56,733 bases of DNA. Origin: Chthoniobacteraceae bacterium (GTDB lineage: Bacteria > Verrucomicrobiota > Verrucomicrobiia > Chthoniobacterales > Chthoniobacteraceae). Below, piece by piece: positions 27,621 to 37,429 of this stretch (positions within the stretch are counted from its first letter, which is position 1; every line of letters begins with the position of its first letter). Made by a program: the position numbers and the translations under genes. The stretch lies in the NCBI GenBank assembly GCA_040081625.1, contig JBEBGD010000026.1, positions 1-56,733 of the forward strand, given 5' to 3'. The notes under the pieces are model-generated. The model was not told the DNA's origin. It saw only the letters and a program-made list of their open reading frames with translations, and made no database searches.

Positions 27621-29462
27621 TCACTCGCCGAGCACGAGGCTCGAGACACGCACGACGCCCTGGCCCTGGTTGGCGTGGAAGTAGAGCCCGATGTCCCTCA
27701 ATCCATCGAGATCGAGACGGCGGTTTCCTTTTTGATTGCCGGCGTAGGCATTGAGCTCGGTTTCGCGCAGATCGAGTTGCACACTTCCTCCGCCGCTCTG
27801 CGTGGCGACGAGGTCGGTCATCCAGCATTCCCCATCGGCTCCCGCGCCTTCCTTCTCGAACAACACGACGTTGAACTTCGCGCCGGGCGGCGCTTCGAAA
27901 CGGAAGCGAATCGTCTTCGCGCCCGCGAGCGACTGCCCTGCGGGCGGAGCCCACGTCGCGTTCAAGCCCCAGCCGCGTCCGCTGTCATAGTCGAGCTTCC
28001 ACGCGTCGCCATCGCGCGTCGCGGTGACGCGGCTTCCGCCCTTCTCGTCGAGCGAAACGAACGGGGCAGCACCCGTCATCTCCACCGGGCCGGCGAGCTT
28101 TCCCTCGGGCAGCGACGGCATCATCAAGGTCCGCGGATTCCACGCGAGCCCGTCGCGATCGGCCGCCGCCGGAAGCGGGCCGGTGCGCGTGTCCGGTGTC
28201 GGCAGTGCGGCGTGAGTCTTCTGCGCGGCTGTGATGAGTTCGTCGTAGGCCTCGTCCTGCCAATCCACGAGGCCGTAGTTGGAATCCTCGCCGTCAAGGC
28301 CGCGCCCGAGCTCCGGTTCATCGGCCCACTGAAACCAATGCATGCCGAGCAGGTAGGGCCGCGACATCAGCGCGGGAACAAAGCGGGCGTAGCGCTCCGC
28401 ACGATCGCGCTGCGTCGGCACCGTCACATCCGCGCCGAGCGTGTTGCGATTGCCCGAGCGGTTTTCCGTCGCGCGCCACGAGAACTCGGTGAGCAGAACC
28501 GGCTTCTGCACCATCGCATACATGCGATCCCACCACGCGAGATCCGTGTGCCCATCCATCGCGTAGTGATTCACCGACACCACGTCACAGTGCCGCGCGC
28601 ACGCTGCAAAGACGGGCCCCGGCGCGTTCCCAGCGAAGCGGCTCCCGAGCACGAGATGATTCGGAGCGTGCCGCCGCACCGCCGCCGCGCACACGCTGAA
28701 AAACCGTTCGGCGACATGCCCGGCCCAGCGCTGCCGGATCGTGTCCACGAGCTTCGTCTTCGCCCGCACCGCGCCGCCCGCCGCGAGCGCATCCCAAGTC
28801 GTCGCCGTCGTCTCCCACTGCGCGGCGAAACTCGCGAACCCGCCATACGCTTCGCGGAGAAAGCGGATGGCTTCCACGCGGTTCGGATCGCCCGGCGGCA
28901 GCGCGAGCGCGAGGTCGAGCAGGCTGCGATTCGGATCGGTCGGCCAGCCGTGCTCGCCATACCACGGCAGCTCGTTGTCGAGGAACCAGCCGATGAGCCG
29001 CGGGTCGTCCTTGTGCGGCGCGACGAATTCCGCGCACAGCGCGTCGATCTTCGCGGCGTAGCCCGGCGAGAAGACATTCCCAAGCCGGCGCGCGTTGCCA
29101 TCCACCTCGGCGCCGAGCCACACGTAGCGCGTGTGCAGCCCGGCTTTCGCGTAGAGCGCGCTGTCGCACCACGCTCCGGCGGTGTTGAAGCCCCACGAAG
29201 TCATCCGCTCGACCGCGCTCGCCGCCCACGCATCCACTCCGCCGCGCGCCTTGGGTCCGTCGTAGAATTTCCCCCGCCCGTCGCGGGACGCCTCACGCGC
29301 GGCGACGTGACAGACGCCCATTGAGAAAAACCTCCGCCCGCCTTGCTCGAAGCACCACGAGCCCTGCGCGCCGCGACCCACGCGGACGAAGTCGGCAGCG
29401 ATCGTGGACGACGCCAGCGCGCCGAAGCTGAGGGCGATCAATGCGAAGCGGACGCCACTCAC
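27621..29462 (-). CDS. Secreted glycoside hydrolase (beta-agarase/GH50-like, clan GH-A) with C-terminal beta-sandwich
   Basis: FFSMGV, SWGFNTAGAW, LIGWFLDNEL, VLLTEF, GMHWFQWADE, GEDSNYGLVD. Confidence 0.75.
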   Translation of the reverse strand: MSGVRFALIALSFGALASSTIAADFVRVGRGAQGSWCFEQGGRRFFSMGVCHVAAREASRDGRGKFYDGPKARGGVDAWAASAVERMTSWGFNTAGAWCDSALYAKAGLHTRYVWLGAEVDGNARRLGNVFSPGYAAKIDALCAEFVAPHKDDPRLIGWFLDNELPWYGEHGWPTDPNRSLLDLALALPPGDPNRVEAIRFLREAYGGFASFAAQWETTATTWDALAAGGAVRAKTKLVDTIRQRWAGHVAERFFSVCAAAVRRHAPNHLVLGSRFAGNAPGPVFAACARHCDVVSVNHYAMDGHTDLAWWDRMYAMVQKPVLLTEFSWRATENRSGNRNTLGADVTVPTQRDRAERYARFVPALMSRPYLLGMHWFQWADEPELGRGLDGEDSNYGLVDWQDEAYDELITAAQKTHAALPTPDTRTGPLPAAADRDGLAWNPRTLMMPSLPEGKLAGPVEMTGAAPFVSLDEKGGSRVTATRDGDAWKLDYDSGRGWGLNATWAPPAGQSLAGAKTIRFRFEAPPGAKFNVVLFEKEGAGADGECWMTDLVATQSGGGSVQLDLRETELNAYAGNQKGNRRLDLDGLRDIGLYFHANQGQGVVRVSSLVLGE

Positions 29463-30139
29463 GGAGTTGGGATCAGTCGGAGAATCTGCGCGGCCGCGTA
29501 GGCGGCGCCGAAGCCGTTGTCGATGTTCACGACGGTGACGCCGCTGCCGCAGGAGTTCAGCATCCCGAGCAGCGCCGCGACGCCGCCGAAGCTCGCGCCG
29601 TAGCCGACGCTCGTCGGCACCGCGATCACCGGCTTGCTCACCAGTCCCGCCACCGCGCTCGGCAGAGCGCCTTCCATCCCGGCGATGACGATCAGCACCG
29701 TGCAGGCGTCCAGTTCATCGCGCACCGCGAGGAGCCGATGAATCCCGGCAACTCCGATGTCCGTGAAGCGGCGCACCGTGCCGCCGAAAATCTCGAGCGT
29801 GACCGCCGCCTCGTCCGCGACGTGCAGGTCCGAGGTGCCTGCGCAAACGACACCGATCTGCCCGTTCAGCCGCGGCCACGGCGCGAGTTCGACGGTGATG
29901 CACCGGCCCCGCTCATGCCAGCGCGCGCTCGGAAACTCTGTCGTGAGCAAGTCGAACTGCGCGCGATCCGCGCGGCTCACCAGCAGCACCGGTTCGCGCT
30001 CGAGCAGCACGCGAGCGATGGCGAGCACTTCGTCGGGCGTCTTGCCGAGGCCAAAGATGACTTCGGGAAATCCGCAGCGGCGGCGGCGGTCGGTGTCCAC
30101 GCGGGCGAAGCCGAGATCGATGAATCCTTTGTCGGGCAT
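29459..30139 (-). CDS. larB: Nickel-pincer cofactor biosynthesis protein LarB (PurE-like)
   Basis: GFPEVIFGLGKT, AGTSD, DIGVAGIHRL, AGMEGALPS, PTSVGYG, VVNIDNGFGAA. Confidence 0.92.
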   Translation of the reverse strand: MPDKGFIDLGFARVDTDRRRRCGFPEVIFGLGKTPDEVLAIARVLLEREPVLLVSRADRAQFDLLTTEFPSARWHERGRCITVELAPWPRLNGQIGVVCAGTSDLHVADEAAVTLEIFGGTVRRFTDIGVAGIHRLLAVRDELDACTVLIVIAGMEGALPSAVAGLVSKPVIAVPTSVGYGASFGGVAALLGMLNSCGSGVTVVNIDNGFGAAYAAAQILRLIPTP

Positions 30140-31159
30140 TTATTGAAGTGGTGAGGCGCCGAGTCCGGCGCCGGACGGCGGATGTAGCACGCCATTCTCC
30201 CACTGCCAGCCGCGACACGGATCGTCCGCGATCAGCCACGCGCCGTCGAGGTCCGCGAAGTCGGCGATCTGCGCCGCCACGCAGCCCGCGGCGATGAGCA
30301 CGCTCGTCTCGATCATGCAGCCGACCATGGTCCGCAGGCCGAGCTTTCGCGCCCGCCGCAGCAACCGCAGCGCAGGCGTGAGGCCGCCGCATTTGACCAG
30401 CTTCACGTTGATTCCGTCGAAGTGCCGCGCGAGCGGGACGACATCGTCTTCATCGACACAGCTCTCGTCGGCGAAAATGGGCAGCGCATAGCTGCCGCGT
30501 TCGAGCCGACTGTTCGAGTCGGGTGCGAACGGTTGTTCGATGAAGAGCACGCCTTGCGCGCTCAATGCCAGGCTGAGCACGGCGAGCTGATCCGGCTTCC
30601 ATGCGCAGTTCGCGTCCACCGCCAGCTCCGCTCCGTGCGCGGCCCGCGCCCGCTCGATCGGTGCGATCTCCGCGCGCGCGTCGCTCTTGATCTTGATCCG
30701 CGGAAAGCCGCGCAGATCGGCGAGCTTCGCCTCGAACTCCACTGTCGTGGAAAGACCGATGGTCGCGAAGCTCGTCACCGGCTGCGGCGCGCGCCCGCAG
30801 GCGAGTTCGCTGACGGTGATCCCTTCCTTCTTCGCGAGCCAGTCCCAGAGCGCGAGGTCGAGAGCGCATTGCGCGGCACGCGACGGCGCCAGCAGCGGCC
30901 AGCATTCCGTCCAGCACTTCTCGATATCCCGCACCACCTGCAGCGGGCGTCCGCGCAACCAGTTCGCCGCCGCCTCCAGCTTCGAGCGGACATCCTCCGC
31001 GCGCTCGCCGTAAAAGGGATTCGGCGACGCCTCTCCCCATCCGACGACGCCGTCGCGCTCGACGCGCAGGAGCACATTGGCGTAAGGCGCGGTGCGCTGG
31101 CGTGCGATGCGAAAGCCGCCGCGAGGATGGAGTTCGACGACGCGAGTTTGGATTTCCAC
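30140..31159 (-). CDS. Dipeptide (L-Ala-D/L-Glu) epimerase, enolase superfamily
   Basis: GWGEASP, ALDLALWD, KIK, VDAN, IEQP, ADES, INVKLVKCGG, GCMIE, DLDG. Confidence 0.9.
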   Translation of the reverse strand: MEIQTRVVELHPRGGFRIARQRTAPYANVLLRVERDGVVGWGEASPNPFYGERAEDVRSKLEAAANWLRGRPLQVVRDIEKCWTECWPLLAPSRAAQCALDLALWDWLAKKEGITVSELACGRAPQPVTSFATIGLSTTVEFEAKLADLRGFPRIKIKSDARAEIAPIERARAAHGAELAVDANCAWKPDQLAVLSLALSAQGVLFIEQPFAPDSNSRLERGSYALPIFADESCVDEDDVVPLARHFDGINVKLVKCGGLTPALRLLRRARKLGLRTMVGCMIETSVLIAAGCVAAQIADFADLDGAWLIADDPCRGWQWENGVLHPPSGAGLGASPLQ

Positions 31160-31189
31160 ACGGGCCGTTTGTCTGAAAACCTTCCCGGC

Positions 31190-31954
31190 GTGAAGCACAC
31201 AAAACCGCTCGTCATCGGCCGATCCGTGGAGGGGCGCCCGATCGAGGTCCGCACGATGCATGAACGCCTGGGCACACTCATCATCGGCGGCTTTCATGGC
31301 GACGAGCCCGCGACCATCGAGATCGTGCGGCGGTTCCTGCCGGGCGTGCCCGGGGTCGCGCTGCTGCCGCTGCTCAACCCCGACGGCGCCCGTCTTAAAA
31401 CGCGCTACAACGCTCGCGGGGTCGATCTCAACCGGAACTTCGAGTTCAACTGGCACGAGGAGAGCGTCGAACCGCCCGGTCCACATCCCTTGAGCGAGCC
31501 GGAGTCGAAGGCGCTCGTCGACTTCATCCTCGCGCGCCGCCCCGCAAAGATCGTGTCGCTGCATTGGGCGCTCGGCGAGATCGATGCCGACGGTGCGCAA
31601 TCGACCCTGCTCGCGGAGACGATGTGGGAAGCGCTCACTGAGCGAGAGCGCGCGCCGTATCGCCTGCGCGTGACGGAACCCGGACGCGGGCAGGGCCGAC
31701 TTGAGCAAACCTACGTCGAGTGTCCCGGCTCGCTCGGCCAGTGGGTCGGCTACGGCATCGCGTATCCCGACGGCACGCAGCCCGCGATGGTCACGCTCGA
31801 GTTGCCGTTCGATCCCGACATTTCGCGGCCCGACGACCTCCCGCCGGATCATTGGCAGATCGTCCAGCGACGCTGGCGCGAAGACTCCGCAGGATACCTC
31901 GCGGGAGTTCGGCCTGGCGTGGAGAAGATGCTCCACGCCGCGTGCCGCTGCTAA
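31190..31954 (+). CDS. mpaA: M14 zinc carboxypeptidase / murein tripeptide amidase MpaA-like (alternative ATG at 31127)
   Basis: GRSVEGRPI, GGFHGDE, NPDG, NARGVDLNRNF, SEPE, SLH. Confidence 0.8.
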   Translation: MKHTKPLVIGRSVEGRPIEVRTMHERLGTLIIGGFHGDEPATIEIVRRFLPGVPGVALLPLLNPDGARLKTRYNARGVDLNRNFEFNWHEESVEPPGPHPLSEPESKALVDFILARRPAKIVSLHWALGEIDADGAQSTLLAETMWEALTERERAPYRLRVTEPGRGQGRLEQTYVECPGSLGQWVGYGIAYPDGTQPAMVTLELPFDPDISRPDDLPPDHWQIVQRRWREDSAGYLAGVRPGVEKMLHAACRC

Positions 31955-32000
31955 GAAAGGCCGGAGGCGGAGGCTTTCATATGCCGCAGCCCTTCCGCAT

Positions 32001-32807
32001 ATGAAATCGCTCACCCGATCCCTCCCGCGTCCGCGCGCGACCTCAGCCGATAGCGCGAATCAAGTCCCCGCACTCCAGCGTGGCCTCGCGCTCCTCGAAC
32101 ACCTCGCTGCTGCGCCCGCGGGCGCAACCCTCTCCGAACTCGGCGCGACGCTCGATCTGTCGCCCACTTCCGTCTTTCGCCTCGCCACTGCGCTGGAGGA
32201 ACTCGGCTATCTTTCGCGCGACGAAAAGACGAAGCGCTTCGCGGTGACGCAGAAGCTCCTGCTGCTCGGCCAGCCGCATTCGGGCAATCGCAGCCTCGTC
32301 GAGTGTGCGCTGGAGCCGATGCGCCGCGTGCTCGCCGCGACCAGCGAGACGACGCAGCTCTGCTGCCGCGCCGAGGCGGAATGCGTGGTCATCGAGCAAC
32401 TGCCTGCGCTGCACCCGTTCAAATACGTCGTCGATCTCGGCTCGCGCCCGCCGGCTCACTGCTGCGCGCCGGGCAAGGCGATGCTCGCCTTTCTGCCCGC
32501 GGATGAACTCGCCGCCGTGCTGCCGAAGATTCGCTTTGAGCGGCACACCGCGCACACGATCACCAGCCGCCGCGAGTTGCTCGCGGACCTCGCCCGCATC
32601 CGCGCGTGCGGCTACGCGCTCGATCGCGGCGAGCACTTCGACGGTATCCACTGCGTCGCCGGGCCGCTCCTCGACCGGCACGGACGAGCCATCGCAGCCA
32701 TCACCATCGCGGGCCCGGCTGCGCGCATCCCGGCGAGCCGCTTCGAGAAGATCGGCCGCCTCATCATCGACGCCGCAAACGATGCCGCGCGCCGCTTTCA
32801 GCAATAG
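32001..32807 (+). CDS. IclR-family transcriptional regulator
   Basis: VPALQRGLALLE HTH, PGKAMLAF, GYALDRGEH, CVAGP. Confidence 0.92.
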   Translation: MKSLTRSLPRPRATSADSANQVPALQRGLALLEHLAAAPAGATLSELGATLDLSPTSVFRLATALEELGYLSRDEKTKRFAVTQKLLLLGQPHSGNRSLVECALEPMRRVLAATSETTQLCCRAEAECVVIEQLPALHPFKYVVDLGSRPPAHCCAPGKAMLAFLPADELAAVLPKIRFERHTAHTITSRRELLADLARIRACGYALDRGEHFDGIHCVAGPLLDRHGRAIAAITIAGPAARIPASRFEKIGRLIIDAANDAARRFQQ

Positions 32808-32813
32808 CCGGTG

Positions 32814-35800
32814 ATGCGCCGACACGCCGCCCTCCTCGCGCTCTCCATCACCGCCTTCGCGGCGGACCCGGCGCTCACGCCCGAGTCGCTGGAGTTCTTC
32901 GAGAACAAGATCCGGCCCGTCCTCGCGACCGAGTGCTACGAATGCCACAACGCGAAGAAGGCCAAAGGCGGCCTGCGACTCGACTACCGCGACGGCTGGA
33001 AGAAGGGCGGCGACAGCGGCGATACGATCGTGCCCGGTGACGCGAAGAAGAGCCTGCTCATCACCTCGATCCGCCACGAAGACCCGGACCTCAAGATGCC
33101 CGACAAGGCGCCGAAGCTCGAGGACCGGATCATCGCCGACTTCGAGAAGTGGGTGAACATGGGCGCGCCCGATCCTCGCGATCAACCGCCCGCCGATCCT
33201 GCTGGCAAGCCCACATGGAAGGACCTGCTCGCGACGCGCCGAACGTGGTGGAGCCTCCAGCCGGTCACGAAGCCGGAACCTCCCGCGATGAAGGACGCCG
33301 CATGGTCCGCGAACCCGATCGACCGCTTCATCCTCGCGAAGCTCGAAGCCCGCGGCCTCGCACCCGCCGCGACTGCCGACCCGCGCACGTTCATCCGGCG
33401 GCTCACCTTCACGCTCATCGGCCTCCCGCCGACACCGGTGGAAGTCGAGAGCTTCGTCCGCGAATGGAGCAACGATCCGCAAGCCGCGGTCCGGTCCGCG
33501 ACCGATCGCCTGCTCACGTCGCCGCACTTCGGCGAGCATTGGGGGCGGCACTGGCTCGACCTCATGCGCTACGCCGAGACGCATGGCAGCGAGGGCGATC
33601 CCGAGATACGCGATGCGTGGCGCTATCGCGATTACGTCGTCCGCGCGATCAACGCCGATGTGCCGCTCGATCAACTCATCCGCGAGCACATCGCCGGCGA
33701 TCTGTTGCCTCGGCAGCGGATGAATCCCGACGGATTCAGCGAATCCATCCTCGGCACCGCGAACCTCCGACTCGTCGAGCACGGCTTCCAGCCGATCGAC
33801 ACGCTCGACGACCAGGTGAAAGCGATCGACAATCAGATCGACGTGGTCAGCAAGGCGTTCCAGGGCCTCACCATCTCGTGCGCGCGCTGCCACGATCACA
33901 AGTTCGACGCCATCAGCGAGCGCGATTACTACGCGATCTACAGCATCTTCGCGAGCGTCCGGCCCGCGCAGGTGACGATCGACTCGCCCGAGGTTCAGGC
34001 GAAGAACCGCGCCGTGCTCGACAAGCTGCACGGGCAGATCAAGTCCGCGCTCGGCGTGGCGTGGCTCGCCGCGGGCGCGAAGCTTGGCGAGCGACTCCGC
34101 AACGAAGCGAAGCGCGGCGAGGACTCGAAGCGAGTCGCCGGGGAGATCAAGCGCATCGAGAAGGCGATCGCTGATCTCGAATGGACCGCGCGTCGCAAGA
34201 TCAGCGCGAGCGCAGCGCCTGTGAAGTCCACTGCGGCTCCCATCGCGGTGTGGGCATTTGAGAAGGACGCGAGCGACTCGCTTGGGCGACTCGCCGGACA
34301 GCTCGAAGGTGGCGCCGAGGTCCGCGGCGGGCGGCTCGTGCTCAACGGAAAGGGCGCATTCCTGCGCACCGAGGGATTGCCGCAATCGCTCACCGCGAAA
34401 ACGCTGGAGGCGTGGGTTTCTCCCGCGACGCTCGACCAGCGCGGCGGAGGTGTCATCGCGCTGGAGACGACGCGCGAGCACGGTTTCGACGCGATCGTCT
34501 TTGCGGAGAAGGATGCGCGTCAGTGGGTGCCGGGGAGCAACTACTTCAAGCGCAGCGAGCGCCTCAACGCACCGGAGGAGACGGCGAAGCCGGGCGAGTT
34601 CGTTCACGTCGCCGCGACCTACGCTGCGGATGGCACGATCGCATTCTATCGCAACGGCCAGCGCTATGGCGCGAGCTACGCGAAGCCGCCGCTGCTTGAG
34701 TTCCCGGCGGACGGCGCGCGCGTGCTTCTCGGATTGCGGCACATGGGCGCGGGCAACGGATTCTTTGCCGGCGAGATCGACGAGGCTCGCCTCTACGACC
34801 GCGCGCTCACCGCGAAGGAAGTCGTCGAGTCGTTCCGCGCGGGCACACCGCCATTCGTGTCCGCCGAGCAGATCACCGCCGCGCTCTCGCATGAGCAGTG
34901 CACGAAGCGCAACGCGTTGCAGGCGGAGTTGCAAAGGCTGCGCGCGCGCGTCGCGCCGCAGGGCGGCGAGGGCGAACGCTGGAGCGCGATGTTGAAGGAC
35001 GCCGCGACGAATCCGGCGAATCCGTTTTATCCCTGGGCAAACACCAGCGAGCTGCCGACGACGGGCTTTGCGGATGCATGGTCGAAGATTGCCGCTGAAC
35101 GGGCTTCGCGAATCGATGAAGCGCGCGGGTTCAACGCGAAGAATTTCCGCCCGATGTGGAATCTCGCCGGCGATGATTACGCGAAGTGGTTTCGATACGG
35201 CAACGCCCTGTCTGCGCAGCCCAGCGTGCCCGGCGAGATTGCGATCGCGCCCGCTGGCGAACGAATCGTGGACGGCATTTTCCCCGCTGGCGTGCTCTCG
35301 CATCGGCTCAGCGACAAGCACAACGCGCTGCTCACGTCGCCGCGATTCAAGATCGACTCGGACAGCATCAGCGTGCGCGGGAGCGGTGCGGGCGGTTCGT
35401 CGATCCGCGTGATCGTGGACAATTACCCGCTGCCCTCGAACCCGATCTACCCGAAGGCCGTCTTCGAGAAGGATCAAACAGGCTGGGTGCGCGTGGACAC
35501 GGCGTATCGCAAAGGGAGCTGGGCCTACATCGAGTTCGGCACGCGCGAGGACGTGACGCGTCCGCTGCCGATCGGGAAGGGGAAAGCCGAGCCGAAGGAC
35601 TCCAAACGCTCGCACTTCGCGGTGTCGGAGGTCGTCGCGCACAATTCGAGTGAGCCGCCGCGCGAAGTTCCACTCGTGCTGATCGACGGTGCGGCGTTGC
35701 GTAACGTCGCGGAACTCGCGCAGCGCTACGCCGACGCCGCAACCGCCGCGGTGCGCGCGTGGATCGCCGGCAAGCAAACCGATGCACAGGCGGCGTTGCT

Positions 35801-36875
35801 CGACTTCCTCGTCCGCAACGGCGCGCTGCCCGCGACGCTTGCCGAGGTGCCGGCGGCGCGTTCGCTCGTCGCGGAGTATCGCCGGATCGAGGCGGAGGTG
35901 CCAGCGCTGCGCCGCGCGCCGGGTGTGATCGAGACCGCCGGCTTCGACTCGCCATTCCTTCCGCGCGGAGATCACACGAAGCCGGGAGAACCGGTGCCGC
36001 GGTCGTATCTCGAAGTGCTCGGCAGCCAGCCGTATCGCACGGCGCTGAGCGGACGGCTGGAACTCGCGGAGGAGATTGCCAGCGCGAAGAACCCGCTCAC
36101 GGCGCGCGTGATGGCGAACCGCGTTTGGCACTGGATGTTCGGTCGCGGCATCGTGCCGACGGTCGATAACTTCGGCCGGCTCGGCGAGAAGGTGACGCAT
36201 CCAGAGTTGCTCGATTTCCTCGCGACGCGGCTCGTCGAGAACGGCTGGTCGATCAAGTCGCTCATCGGCGACATCGTTGCGACGCGTGCATTTCAAATGA
36301 GCAGCGAACCGTCGCCGCGCGCCGGCGAGGTCGATCCCGCGAACGAACTGCTCTCGCACTTCCGGGTGCAGCGCCTGCCGGCGGAGTCGATCCGCGATTC
36401 GCTGCTCGCGGTCGCGGGCGGGCTCGATGACGAGATGTTCGGCAAGCCGGTGGGCGACGGCGAGGCGCGGCGCAGCATCTACCTGCCGGTGCGGCGCACG
36501 AGTCTCAACGCGTTCCTGCAAACCTTCGACGCACCGAAGCCGTTCACGACGCTCGGCCGCCGCGATGCGACGAACGTGCCGGGTCAGTCGCTCACGCTGC
36601 TCAACTCGCCCTTCGTGATCGGTCAGGCAAAGGAGTGGGCGAGCCGGCTCGTGAGCGACGGCAGCGGCACGCCGGAGGAACGCATCCGCCGCATGTTCGC
36701 CAGCGCATTCGGGCGGCAGTCGCGTGGCACGGAGATCGAGGCCGCGCGTGCTTACCTGGAGTCGCTCGCTACCGAGCACCAAGCGCGCCCAGACCAACTG
36801 CTCGCGAGCGAACCCGTCTGGCAGGACTTCGCGCAATCGCTCTTCAACCTGAAAGAATTCATCTACGTGCGATGA
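32814..36875 (+). CDS. Planctomycete cytochrome c + DUF1549 + LamG-like + DUF1553 protein
   Basis: [85 protein letters not shown]. Confidence 0.93.
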   Translation: MRRHAALLALSITAFAADPALTPESLEFFENKIRPVLATECYECHNAKKAKGGLRLDYRDGWKKGGDSGDTIVPGDAKKSLLITSIRHEDPDLKMPDKAPKLEDRIIADFEKWVNMGAPDPRDQPPADPAGKPTWKDLLATRRTWWSLQPVTKPEPPAMKDAAWSANPIDRFILAKLEARGLAPAATADPRTFIRRLTFTLIGLPPTPVEVESFVREWSNDPQAAVRSATDRLLTSPHFGEHWGRHWLDLMRYAETHGSEGDPEIRDAWRYRDYVVRAINADVPLDQLIREHIAGDLLPRQRMNPDGFSESILGTANLRLVEHGFQPIDTLDDQVKAIDNQIDVVSKAFQGLTISCARCHDHKFDAISERDYYAIYSIFASVRPAQVTIDSPEVQAKNRAVLDKLHGQIKSALGVAWLAAGAKLGERLRNEAKRGEDSKRVAGEIKRIEKAIADLEWTARRKISASAAPVKSTAAPIAVWAFEKDASDSLGRLAGQLEGGAEVRGGRLVLNGKGAFLRTEGLPQSLTAKTLEAWVSPATLDQRGGGVIALETTREHGFDAIVFAEKDARQWVPGSNYFKRSERLNAPEETAKPGEFVHVAATYAADGTIAFYRNGQRYGASYAKPPLLEFPADGARVLLGLRHMGAGNGFFAGEIDEARLYDRALTAKEVVESFRAGTPPFVSAEQITAALSHEQCTKRNALQAELQRLRARVAPQGGEGERWSAMLKDAATNPANPFYPWANTSELPTTGFADAWSKIAAERASRIDEARGFNAKNFRPMWNLAGDDYAKWFRYGNALSAQPSVPGEIAIAPAGERIVDGIFPAGVLSHRLSDKHNALLTSPRFKIDSDSISVRGSGAGGSSIRVIVDNYPLPSNPIYPKAVFEKDQTGWVRVDTAYRKGSWAYIEFGTREDVTRPLPIGKGKAEPKDSKRSHFAVSEVVAHNSSEPPREVPLVLIDGAALRNVAELAQRYADAATAAVRAWIAGKQTDAQAALLDFLVRNGALPATLAEVPAARSLVAEYRRIEAEVPALRRAPGVIETAGFDSPFLPRGDHTKPGEPVPRSYLEVLGSQPYRTALSGRLELAEEIASAKNPLTARVMANRVWHWMFGRGIVPTVDNFGRLGEKVTHPELLDFLATRLVENGWSIKSLIGDIVATRAFQMSSEPSPRAGEVDPANELLSHFRVQRLPAESIRDSLLAVAGGLDDEMFGKPVGDGEARRSIYLPVRRTSLNAFLQTFDAPKPFTTLGRRDATNVPGQSLTLLNSPFVIGQAKEWASRLVSDGSGTPEERIRRMFASAFGRQSRGTEIEAARAYLESLATEHQARPDQLLASEPVWQDFAQSLFNLKEFIYVR

Positions 36876-37429
36876 GACCGTCGCATTCGCAAATAGTCGG
36901 TCTCACATCCGAAGTGGTTGAATTGCGCAACCAGAACCGGAACCTACGTGCCGAAGTTTCGCAGCTTCGGATGGAGAACACTCGCTTGAAGCTTAAGGCA
37001 AATCCGCGCGCCGCAGGAAAATATGCGGAGGAATTGATTGCAAGAATCGTTGGAGGCCAACTGCAGGACGCCAATGCTCCATACGACTTGCTCGCACCAA
37101 ATGGAGTGCGGATTGAGGTAAAGTTTGCAAGCCTCACGCGTGCGGTCAAAGGCGCGCCGACGATGCGATGGGTTTGGCTGAGCGCCCTTGGTGCAGGTGC
37201 CAAAACGAAAGATTATGACCATCTCATTCTGGTCGGCGAAGATCCACCTTCCGGAGTTATGATCTTCGACATTCCGCGGAAGGATGTCGACGGGTTGATT
37301 GGCGGAAAGAACGGGTCAATCTCGGCGAATGCCAATCCATTGACCGCGCGGATTGGTCCTGCTCGACAGCTACACCGCGATTTTTACGTAACAGAAGAAG
37401 AATTGGCAAACCGGTATCAAGCACCATGA
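36872..37429 (+). CDS. Low-GC hypothetical protein, putative PD-(D/E)XK nuclease with N-terminal coiled coil
   Basis: 185 aa; GKYAEE...APYDLL...RIEVK; ATGA overlaps at both ends; about 52-57% GC in hand-counted lines. Confidence 0.7.
   Translation: MRPSHSQIVGLTSEVVELRNQNRNLRAEVSQLRMENTRLKLKANPRAAGKYAEELIARIVGGQLQDANAPYDLLAPNGVRIEVKFASLTRAVKGAPTMRWVWLSALGAGAKTKDYDHLILVGEDPPSGVMIFDIPRKDVDGLIGGKNGSISANANPLTARIGPARQLHRDFYVTEEELANRYQAP

Noticed and set aside
32043..36836. 1597-aa antisense ORF, and similar ones at 8256-10637, 22004-24979 and 37417-40128
   Set aside because: Shadow ORFs opposite clearly recognisable genes, expected with high-GC codon bias; no motifs
36872..37429. Insertion sequence or intron around the low-GC ORF
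   Set aside because: No terminal inverted repeats, target duplication, transposase motif or non-coding flanks; both neighbours appear intact
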